A stretch of 64,000 bases of DNA from Octopus vulgaris. Lineage: Eukaryota. Numbering within the stretch: the first letter of the stretch is position 1; each line of letters begins with the position of its first letter. The stretch lies in assembly GCA_951406725.2 (NCBI GenBank), contig OX597825.1:83700001-83764000 (forward strand), in the 5' to 3' direction. Shown piece after piece: positions 53,160-64,000 of the stretch. The notes under the pieces were generated by a model. That model saw only the letters and a program-made list of their open reading frames with translations, ran no database searches and was not told the DNA's origin. The position numbers and the translations under genes were made by a program.

Positions 53160-53530
53160 ATATTTTATGTATGCATTCTCATGCATATAGTCGCATATCT
53201 AGACATGCTCATATATACTTAAATTATAAACTTCTGGAATGTTTTACAGATTTTTACAATTCCAGTGATGGATTGGATCTGTAGTATTCGAATTAGCTTT
53301 CTCCTTTCTGGTTTGAGAAGCCTAATTTCTCAAGATTGATATTTAGGCAGTGCGTTACATATCCCATATAAACCTGAACTTGGATAGAGTAACTGCAGAC
53401 TCCTCAATAGTTCAGCATAAGTGTTCTCTTTTTCACTGATCTTCAGCTTTAAGTTAACATCCGCTGCGCAGCTAATTTACACAACTGTGCACAGTTTCTC
53501 TTCCCTATCCCAAATCATTATATTGGGTCT
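53160..53530 (-). mobile_element. Second copy of the R2/R4-group 3' end seen at 14122-14720
   Basis: Reverse complement matches ATTTGGGATAG.GAAGAGAAACTGTG...CCATCACTGGAA.TGTAAAAATCTGTAAAAC...GAGCATGTCTAGATA. Confidence 0.85.
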
Positions 53531-53560
53531 GTTGTGCATGTATGCATGTATATATGTTCA

Positions 53561-53756
53561 TACGATAGGGTGCTGAGAAGTTCCTGATTTTAAGAGTACG
53601 GCAAAATTTCTGGCTGACGGTCCAACATTCCGAGTTTTTTACAGGGCTTTTTACAGTGTGTGAATCTGAGAAGGGAATATGTTGAATAAGATCATAATTA
53701 ACTGATCCTGTATTTTCTTTTACCCAAAGCCAGGAACTTTTCAGCACTCCCCCATA
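53561..53756 (+). mobile_element. Internally deleted mariner (MITE)
   Basis: TA-flanked TIRs containing GTGCTGA(G/A)AAGTTCCTG; retains the transposase tail CVNLRREYVE* near 53655-53690. Confidence 0.8.
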
Positions 53757-54069
53757 TATGTATGCATGTGTGTATGCATGAATGCGTATATATTGATAAG
53801 AATATGTATATATGTGGGGATGCGTGGTACAAGGGTCAGGGTATTATATTAAAGATCATAAGATTGTGGCTTTGGGTCCTGGACCTTGCTATGTGTTATG
53901 TCCTTCAGCAAAATACTTCATTCGAAGTTGATTAGCTACCACAAATGAATAACCATTCTATGGACCAGCGTCCCGTCTAGAGGTGCTTGGTAGGGAATAT
54001 ATATAAACCAAAATATTCTGGAAACCGGCCCTATATGGCTATGGCCCAGGAGCGCATTTAATCCTTTTG

Positions 54070-54110
<41 letters not shown>

Positions 54111-54164
54111 TACGTGATTGACAGGTCTATCTAATGTTTTATATGTCGCTGATCACAATGCGGT

Positions 54165-54372
54165 TTAAATCGTTTTAGCTAGCTTTTGAATGATGCCACC
54201 GCGCAGGCTGGCTGGGCCGAGCAGGCTAACGTTCCCCTTGATTGGAAGGCTAGTCCATCGCAGATTTACCCATATATAGCTAAAGGGCACAACATGCCAT
54301 CCTGTCGGAAGATCGAACCCTGGAATTAGCGATCGTGGGTGCAACACCTTAACCGGAAGTCCATGCACCTTC
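54165..54372 (-). mobile_element. Further tRNA-derived SINE related to family D
   Basis: Minus strand GGTTAAGGTGTTGCACCCACGATCG...GGGTTCGATC head and CTGCGATGGACTAGC block. Confidence 0.55.
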
Positions 54373-54547
54373 ATATATATACATGCATATGTATGCATGT
54401 ATGTATATGTACGTATGTATGTATGCATGTAAGTATGTAAATATGTGCATACATCTCTGTGTATGTATATATACATATATCTATATCTATATCTATATCT
54501 ATGTATCTATATCGATATATATATACATATATATATACCTACATATA

Positions 54548-54753
<206 letters not shown>

Positions 54754-55361
54754 AAGTTAGTGATATAAAGATAGAAAATTGATCGTATATTTTGGGGATA
54801 TTACAATTTTTATTATGAAACTATGACTATCCGGTGCTTGCTTTTCATTGTTCAGTTAAAAGAAAACTTGAGGTCTAAGTTATTTATAATAGCTGCAGAA
54901 TAATCTCATAAAACATCATGACTTTTTTTGGGTTCGTTTTTTTTTTACCGAAGTTTATGTTATTCAACTTATTTTTGTTTCATTTTCGAGGATTTTTGTC
55001 CACCATTTTCTCTTTGTTTGTTCTTTTCATATTCTTGTTTCCATGTTGCAGTATAAATCCAACAAAACGCTGGAATATCACTGCAGAATCTTCCTCTGTA
55101 GTAGTGACTGGCTGATTGCACAATCCGGAGCTCTGTGTATTTTATTTTTTCACATTGTTTACATTATTTATTTGATTGTTTTTACAAGACGTGTATTTAT
55201 TGGTCGATAATCGGACAAACATAACAGTGAAATGGCCACAAATAAAAACAAACCACATCAACAAATCATTAATAAATAATAAAACATATAATTAAATATA
55301 TCTACTGCAATAGTAAATTAACGGAACAAACGACCAAACAATACACAAATCATTAAGCAAA

Positions 55362-55394
<33 letters not shown>

Positions 55395-55464
55395 TTAATG
55401 TATTATATATATATATATTAATATATTATATTTACATATATATATATATACATATATATATATG

Positions 55465-55516
<52 letters not shown>

Positions 55517-56019
55517 GCATATATTTGTTATATAATTAGTGGGCAACAAATATTAATTATATCTAGAGAAAATAATAACTGCATAGGAAAAGTTGCTGAC
55601 CCAGGCAGACCAAAATCAAAGATAGCGGATAATCGCATAATATGCATTGCAAGTTTAAATATAAATGCCTGCATGATTCATTCCAACATCATAGAATACA
55701 ATTATATAAATGTATATATATATATATATATATTTATATAATTGTATATAATTATATACAAGGAAGGGGGGAAGGAAGGAATGAAGGAAGGAAGGAGAAA
55801 AGAAAGAATGAAAGAAAGAAAGAAAGAAAGAAAGACAGAGAAAGGGAGAGGGAGGAGCAATGAAATAGGAAGGGAAAAGACAAGCATTTTTAAGAACTTC
55901 CGTAGCTGGTATCAAGAAGATAGATGAAAAGCGGAAGGTAAGCTCACACCAGAAGAATTTATCGCAAGTGCACGTGTTATGGCACATGTTATGGTATTGC
56001 ATCCTAGAGGGCGCCATTG

Positions 56020-56470
56020 ATGTCAAAATAGTGGATGGAACGCGTCTACCACACAATTTACAAGAAAATGAAAGGAAGGAGTTTCTCCGGGTCGAGCCGC
56101 TACTTGTGAACATTGAAAAGCCACACTTCCGATACGGCAGGCCTGTAATTAAAATATCCCGGAATAGAATCATAAGAAGGGCTCATCAAGCCAAGCCAAC
56201 CGGCAGGACACCTACAAGTGGACCTAGAGCGAGGTTGTTGGATACTGTCCATAGTTTCATCTGGCCTGCTTGGTGACAAGCTGAAAAGTATAATGACGGT
56301 TGCTTGTGCTAGGACCACACGGAGAATGTGCCTGAGGATTTTACCCGCACGTCCGCCAGGAAACTTAAGAGTAGACTAAGAATAAAATGATTGGATAATA
56401 TCCAGAGGTAGTCACGACTGGAAATCCCCTGATAGGACACTATGGAAGTGTGTGAGGACTCTGCCCTAAA
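56020..56470 (+). mobile_element. Degenerate RTE-clade LINE 3' end
   Basis: EFLRVEPLLVNIEKPHFRYGRPVIKISRNRIIRRAHQAKPTGRTPTSGPRARLLDTV resembles the RTE C-terminus (EPLL.IE..QLR..GH..RM...PTG.RP.GRP..RW.D). Confidence 0.7.
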
Positions 56471-56504
56471 TTTATTCATGCGCCCTTTTCAAGCGTATGT
56501 GCCC

Positions 56505-56735
56505 CCCCCCCCAGCTGGACGGGACGCCACTGCATCGCAGCGTTACTCAAGAAACAGGAAGAAAGTTGTTGGGGCGAAAGAGTACAACAGGGGTCACCAC
56601 CACCCTCTGCCGGAGCTTCGTGGAGCTTTAGGCGTTTTCGCTCAATAAACACACACAACGTCCGGTTTGGGAATCGAAACCGCGATCTCCAGCCACGAGT
56701 CCACTGCTCTAACCACTGGGCCATTGCGCCTCCAC
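56505..56735 (-). mobile_element. SINE family C
   Basis: Minus-strand head GGAGGCGCAATGGCCCAGTGGTTAGAGCAGTGGACTCG...GGTTTCGATTCCC; 3' block GCGTCCCGTCCAG shared with family D. Confidence 0.85.
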
Positions 56736-57299
56736 AAATACCTTCCCAGTAATACTGAGCTAGGATGATCAATAGACAAACGAAATCAGTTACTGATAAA
56801 ATTTTATCGAGGACTCATACAGATACCATATAGTATAACTATTTAAAATCTTGGCTAAAGGCCTGAACTATCGGAATGGTGTTGACCGATTGCATTGGCC
56901 TCAGTATATGTCACGTTATTTATTTTATCGACCCACGAAGGAGACAAGTCAAAGTTCACCTCAGCGGGATTTGAAATCAGGGATAAAAACCAGAAGGAAA
57001 GGTTAAAATTATTTTGATCAATGTCCCTAACGATTCTGCAAACGACCGCCTTACGCTACAGAGCATACCGAAATATATTCAAATATAATACATAATATCT
57101 ACCTATATAAAAGAGGAAAAAAACTTGCACACTTTGGCTTTGGTAAGGATTCAATGGCACTAGACATGCTAGGATCGAGCTGAAAATGTATACAGCTATA
57201 GAAGGCGTGGTGTAGTTACGGCCAGAATAGGTTTTAAGTCTCTATCTCGATCACAAAGGCCCGAGACAATGCATTTTCTGCGAGTGAGGGTTAGGGTTA

Positions 57300-57695
57300 T
57301 CTATATATATATATAAACTGAAGTTGTCTGTGTGTGGCAGGTTTGTGTAGCCTTCAACTAACACTATCTCCTCCGAGACCCTGTGACGCAAGTTGACCAA
57401 AATTAAGAGTATGATAGATTAAGGCTTGCTCTTCCTTCCGTAGAAGATAAATTTCAAATCGGACCATGTTAACACCAAAAATTATTTACATCAAAAAGGT
57501 GCTTTTTTTTTCTATGAAAATCCCTATTTCTTACGATTTTTCGACTGCTGTGTCGACATTTCTTGGTGTATTTCATCCAGAAAAATGTTCACTTAAAGAG
57601 AATAACAAGCTAGATAATGCAAAAGTTTTACTTTTCAAAAATTCCAATTCTAAAGGGTCGAAACAAACCCGAGCAACGCCGGGTGATACTGCTAG
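57300..57695 (+). mobile_element. Non-autonomous Helitron
   Basis: A|TCTATATATAT...CCCGAGCAACGCCGGG-TGATACTGCTAG|T. Confidence 0.9.
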
Positions 57696-58062
57696 TTACA
57701 AATAAAACAAAACATTATAATATGATATTAAATACACAATGAGAAAGTTTTCAGCATAATTATTATGTCATTCAAAGCAGTTAATTTACAATTCCGATAA
57801 TTATTTAATATATATTCAATTTTCTTTCATTTAAATTTCATATATAAATCGTATACAATTCAATTTACGTTTAGAACAAATAAAGAAGTATAGACAATAT
57901 TTCTATTTGCAAACAAGATTTGCTATAAACGGAAATAAGCTACTTCCGTCGGTTTTCAATATTTACGTACAAAAACACACAAACACATGCGCGTGCCTAG
58001 CATATATTATATATTATACATATATTTATTTGTATGAGTGTGTGGCATTCTAATATACATAC

Positions 58063-58114
<52 letters not shown>

Positions 58115-58750
58115 GCATATCTATAAATACATATACGTATGCGCATATGTGTGTATGTGTATATATACATATATATATATATTACGTGAAAATGGTCTCC
58201 TCTGTAGAGTTTCAAATTGGAGAACCACATCTCCTTACAGACGATATGAGTAAACAACGCACTTATATACGCTCATATATATATGTGCGTGAGTGCATGT
58301 GTGTTCGTATAGAGAGAGAGAGAGGGAGAGAGAAAGAGAGAGGGAGAGAGAAGGAGAGACGGAGAGAGAGAAATATTCTCATTTGAATTCGTGAGTCTCA
58401 TAAACTTACGTGTAATTACGCAAAAGTGACGCTTAACCGTTCAAATAAATACATCGTATATGTTAAATACCATTTAAAGTTGAAGACAATCGTAATATAA
58501 TAGAACAATACTATTCGCTTTATTCATCTTTACCTTCTTTTCTTCATCTATTCTCTTTCTATTCATTCCTCTCTCTCTCTCTCTCTCTCTCTCCCTCTCT
58601 CTCTCTCTATTTCTTGGTCTCTCTTGTCTGTCTCTTTGTCTTTCTCGCTCTTCTGCCTCTATAGTTTCTTTCTTTAAGTATTTACTTAAGGCTGTAAGTA
58701 AGAGATGTATAGAAACGGTGTCGTGTGGTTAATGATATTTCCTAACCAGA

Positions 58751-58983
58751 AGGCGGCGAGCTGGCAGAAACGTTAGCACGCCGGGCGAAATGCGTAGCAG
58801 TATTTCGTCTGTCGCTACGTTTTGAGTTCAAATTCCGCCGAGGTTGACTTTGCCTTTCATCCTTCCGGGGTCGATAAATTAAGTACCAGTTACGCACTGG
58901 AGTCGATGTAATCGACTTAATCAGTTTGTCTGTCCTTGTTTGTCCCCTCTCTGTGTAGCCTCTTGTGGGCAGTAAATAAATAA
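58751..58983 (+). mobile_element. SINE family A
   Basis: Consensus match. Older or partial relatives at ~35290-35670, 38280-38450, 51110-51320, 51352-51484 (-), 56860-57050 (-) and 62830-63260 (-). Confidence 0.92.
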
Positions 58984-59742
58984 GAACACCAGTCCGTTTC
59001 AGGGTACAAAACCAGCAATATATTTGTCGAGCAAGAAGGGAGAAAGCCAATTTCGTGACCTTAAGTATTTGAATCTTGCTAGGAGTGGAGGATCAAAACT
59101 GACGTGAACTGTATTTGAACACAGAACGTAAATGACCAGACAACACAAAATGCCGCTCAACATTTTATCCGGCGTGCTAACATTTTTGACAGTTCAAACC
59201 CCATGGTTGGTACCTCACTGTAAATCAATTTATTTCACTAAATCAATTATTTCACTAATAAACTTTAGTTGTTATTGAGGTTTATTACTACATCAATACC
59301 GATTCATCTAACAAATGATCATAGACATTTCAGTAATGACCATCCCCTCTGTTTATTGTCTCTACAGAAAATTCAATACATTTTATCCAACGTTTCTTTC
59401 CTAAAAGAGCCGTCGTTCAATTTGAGCGAGGTTTGGCTGTTATTTGGTTGACATTTGAACTGTAATTTAAGAAGTATACAACTACTATTTCTAGCTCATC
59501 AAGCTAACTATGTAAAGCTAACTATGTAAAGGCTTACACTTCTTCCACTGACTCGAAATCTTAAAAGGAAAATTATAATTTTATTATTTTGTTCTGTTAG
59601 GTTTTCTACCTTTCCACACATGTATGACAGAAGAAGCGTTTGTTACGCGCAATGAAGGGAAATGAAAAGAAATTTTCAAAGAATTATTTAAAGGTAACTA
59701 CAAGTAAAAGATATAAATGAAAGTAAGATATCGAAAACAAAC

Positions 59743-59863
<121 letters not shown>

Positions 59864-60094
59864 TATGAAAATGAACATTGTCAATATAATTTTTAAAAAT
59901 TCCACATGTTGCTGAAGAGTGCCCTACATTTTAAAACTGATGTAATACTTACATTATTTAATGAAATGAAGTAGCATGAAACGATTGTATTACACTACCT
60001 TTGGGTATCCTTGTTGCTTATTTTGATTATATATATATATATATATTAATATATTGATATATAGTATTTACTGCACACAGTATGCAGTTACGAA

Positions 60095-60125
60095 CTACTA
60101 TTATTATTATTAGTAGTAGTAGTAT

Positions 60126-60186
<61 letters not shown>
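60095..60186. repeat. (TAT)n/(TAG)n tract
   Basis: Directly visible. Confidence 0.95.
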
Positions 60187-61425
60187 TTTCTCTCTATTAT
60201 GTACTCCTATGATACCCTAACTGTACTGAATCTTGTAGGATGCATATGAGGGATTGCATTATGGTTTTGTATGTTATCTTTTGCCAGAAATACTGATGAA
60301 GTGTACCAGTTGCTTTTGTTGCGTAACAAGACCTCTAAGCTTACGCAATGTACGTCATTCGGCGTTCTGAAACACGTATACCTCACATCCATATAAACAT
60401 ATATATATATACATATATCAAAAGTAATTTATTGTCCTGCATTCAACTTTAAGATGAGAAAGTGTGTCATGAAATTTTCAGTACATTCTTGGACAGATTC
60501 ATTGGTATCAAGAGAAGCTAAAATTATTGAATGATGTTGAGTCTTTCCTTTTGTTGTTTTACAATTTATATTTCGGCTAGAAAAATCTAGACTTTTGCGT
60601 AAATTCAATCAGTGACATGCAGTCGTTTTTATTTTACCTATTTTTTGTTACGCTATGATTTTATTTGTTATATTGTTTCACCAGAAACGTTCTCATTAAA
60701 AACATTCGCTTATTGCTCGTCATAGTAGGTGGATGCATAATTTTAAAATACTAATTGGTCATTAGGATCTTTTACAATATGTCACACTTTTATTCATTTG
60801 CCTTTATATATTTCTCGTTTGCTTTTGTGTGTCTTCCTGCTCCTGTTGCAGACTTCGTCCTTTTTTTAATTTTTTTAGTATATTCTTGCCTCGGTTATTT
60901 TTTCTCTCTTAATAGATATTTAAATTTCGCTCGATTTTTCTTTATTTAATAATTTATCTTCTTTTTATTACCAACAGTTCGTTATCCCAACATAATTTAA
61001 ATTAAGCTGTCTCTATATGTATTTCATTTCTTTTATGTTTTTTGTATGTATTTGAAGTAACTTAAGTTTTTGTTTTCGGTCTCTTTTGTTGCCGTATAAA
61101 GACATTTTTATTATGCTATTTTTTTATATTTATACATTTAAATTTATTGATCTTCAAGAACGCCATTATTTTATAACCTTATCTTCAAAGTGAAACAATA
61201 CTTAAACATTTCTATTCATTTTTAGTGTAAATTTTATTAAAATATTTATCAATGCGGGGCTCAATTGTTTTTTTTACTCACCAACAATTTCCGGCTCTTT
61301 TACGATATATTCTTCTATACATCTAGCAATGCATATGTGTGCGTATGTACATATAGATATTTTCCAGGAGTTATCGCTAGCCACTAAACTTTTTTATATA
61401 TTTTCTCTCTCTGCGTATTTCTGTA

Positions 61426-61466
61426 TTCTTTTCTGATGAAGAGCGTAGGCTCGAAACGTAAAAAAG
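61426..61466 (+). ncRNA. Minimal type-I hammerhead ribozyme-like motif within a pLTR-like repeat (61375-61560)
   Basis: TTTT-CTGATGA-A-GAGC-GTAG-GCTC-GAAA-C-G-TA-AAAA: full catalytic core, perfect 4-bp stem II, loop-less palindromic ACGU stem III, GUA site. Confidence 0.65.
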
Positions 61467-61560
61467 CTTTCTCACTTCCCGAGCGTTAAACTAATACATA
61501 TGTTTGTTGTTTACACACCCGTCTTCGTCTTTTGTTTTGTTTTTTGTAAATCCCAGCTAC

Positions 61561-61614
<54 letters not shown>

Positions 61615-61984
61615 GATGGGGTTGCCTTGTTAAGCCACAAAGAATAAATAAATAGATAGATAGATAGATAGATAGAGAGAGACAGAGACAGAGAGAGAGA
61701 CAGAGAGAGACAGAGAGAGACAGAGACAGAGACAGAGATATTTGATCAATACATGTTCGGCATTTCACTGGATTAGCGATTATATTTTATCATTGAAGTA
61801 AATACAAAGCGGAAGAACAGTTTTAGCCAATAAATGAGATCATAAAATAACTGCTAAATGAACATTTAATTATTTGTTGAGGTTTTCGTCAATTAACTGT
61901 TTTCCGGCAACAAAGGCACCAACTCACAGATGTACGACAAAATTTTAAAGGCTTAATAAATAGACGTAATGTGAATATAATAGA

Positions 61985-62336
61985 CTAGCAGTATCGCCCG
62001 GCGCTGCTCAGGTTTGTTTCGACCCTTTAGAATTAGAACGTTTGAAAAATAAAAATTTTGCATTATGTAGCTTGTTATTCTCTTTAAGGGAACATTTTTC
62101 AGGTTGAAACACACCGAAAAATGGCGACACAGCAGTCAAAAAATCGTAAAAAATAGGGCTTTTCATAGAAAAAAAAGTACCATTTCGATGTAAATAATTT
62201 TTGGTGTTAACATGGCCTTCTTCTATCATACTCTCAATTTTGGCCAATTTGCGCCGCAGGGTCTCCGAGGAGATAGTGTTAGTTGAAGGCTACCAAACCT
62301 ACCATACACAGACGACTTCAGCTTTATATATAGAGA
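61985..62336 (-). mobile_element. Non-autonomous Helitron, same family as 57300-57695
   Basis: Reverse complement of 57300-57695 with an internal deletion; TC...CTAG ends. Confidence 0.9.
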
Positions 62337-63766
62337 CTTGTGCATTTGAAATTGTTATAACTGCTTATGAAGAAGGGCTATTTTTAACCGTCTAAAACGC
62401 ATAAAGTTATTTTATTCTTTTTCCACCAGCTGCAATGTATGTGGCATAATCGATTGTGCGTTTTCTAGAGCCGATGCCATACAAAATTTAATGCAGTGAC
62501 ATGAACTACGATATTTTGAAAAACTTTTGCTCTTGATGCGGTTTAAATGTGTTTAAAGGACTTACGGTAGGTGGAGAGTGCCTCTATTTGTTCACTTAAG
62601 AGGCTAGAAATAGCAATTAAATCTACCTCAAGACTGCGTTCACAACTGAAGGAAATATTGCGTAATGTAGTCGTGGGTATGTTGGCTCTTCAAAACGAAA
62701 AGATAAAAATTAGACGGTATGATAGTGGCTGCGGGTCGTCCTTTGATGAAACGTCTTCACGCTTTAGGGCCAACCAGATGTTAAACTGCATTGATCATAA
62801 TATTTCTTTGTATTATAGACACATAGCTTGAAATAGTGGAGGACGGGGTTAGTCAATGACATTGACTCAGTACTCGACTGGTTCTTATTTCAGTGACTCT
62901 GAATTGGGGTAAGACAAAAATCGACTTCGACATCATTTGAATCAGGAAGCAAAAACCGGAGACTATACCGCTAAGCAAAAAACCGGAGGCTATAACGCTA
63001 AGCAATTCTGCCGGTTCGCCACCTTAAAATTAACAATAACATGGATTTCAAATTCTGGCACAAGACTAGCAGTTCCGGTTGGAGAGAGTAAGTTGATTAA
63101 CATCGACCTCAGTGACTAACCGGTACTTATTTTATCGATCCTGAAAGAATGTAAGGCAAAGTCGACCCCGATAGAATTTGAACTTAGAACATAAAAACGG
63201 ACGAAATGCCACAAAACATTTTGCCTAGCATCGTAACGATTCTGCCAGCTCGCATTCTTATAAATTGACAATAACATTGACAAACATCGACATCTGAAGC
63301 TGATTATGCACGAAGGTTCGTTGAGATTGAAATAACATGAAATCGGATATATGGCTATGGTGGTACCCGAGTTTGAACCAGGAACCACTAGTATATTTGT
63401 CAGGCACGACACTCTTCTTATTAATTCACCAAAGTTATGACCTCGCAAAAACAAATAAGTATAATGTATTGATCTCGAACACAAAATCTAATATCCCTCA
63501 CGCTTCTTAGACAAATAATATCTCAAAGACATATTTCGACTCAGTGTAACTTTTGACCTTTCCTGTTAAACGAATAATCTGGATCTAGCTCCGGTTTCGT
63601 CTCGTCGTCTTGGATTTCTTCAAATGAAAATCAATATGCTATATTTGATAAGCTGTTTGTCTCTCTCCCAACGGAAAGAAATCATATCTTTATCTATTTG
63701 GATTTTGCCTGCCGCCGCTGCATCGGCATGGAGTTTTGATCCCTTGATCAACATTGTATACACGTG

Positions 63767-63829
<63 letters not shown>

Positions 63830-64000
63830 ATAACTCAGTGAATAAATTCATGTGTGCACGTATATATATATATATATATAGATATACATACATACATACA
63901 CACAAGTATGCATGTATGTATGTGCATGTGTGTGTATGATTGCGTGTTATGGATCCATAGAACGCTGTGTGATTACTTTGGTGTGCGTCGTTGCTTGCAT

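Noticed and set aside
59221-59530. Short 14-27-bp tandem duplications (59221-59258, 59501-59530; also ~34726-34770 and ~62950-63005)
   Set aside because: Ordinary slippage duplications with no sign of function.

Overview
AT-rich, microsatellite-saturated animal genomic DNA, most likely intronic or intergenic sequence from an octopus-type cephalopod. The organism is inferred from the SINE repertoire and was not checked by a database search. No intact protein-coding gene is recognisable. Almost every ORF in the supplied track is a translation of (TA)n/(TG)n/(GATA)n/trinucleotide tracts or of SINEs. The window is mostly transposon remains: at least four tRNA-derived SINE families, three non-autonomous Helitrons, Tc1/mariner fragments and MITEs, and fragments of Tx1-like, R4/Dong-like, RTE and Penelope-like (PLE) retroelements. 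Four observations stand out. (1) Six or more minimal hammerhead-ribozyme-like motifs all carry an extra A after the core (consensus CUGANGA-A); several sit inside small inverted-ended elements, and PLE reverse-transcriptase fossils lie in the same window. (2) A Dong/R4-like element and a ~550-bp non-coding partner share both 5' and 3' ends and sit in (TAA)n. (3) A Tx1-like LINE occurs twice at (GATA)n tracts, once with a target-site duplication (TSD). (4) One SINE family has a variable-copy internal ~184-bp unit. A possible terminal exon of a minus-strand host gene lies at 973-729. All calls come from reading the sequence by eye; boundaries are approximate unless a TSD or terminal inverted repeat (TIR) is quoted.
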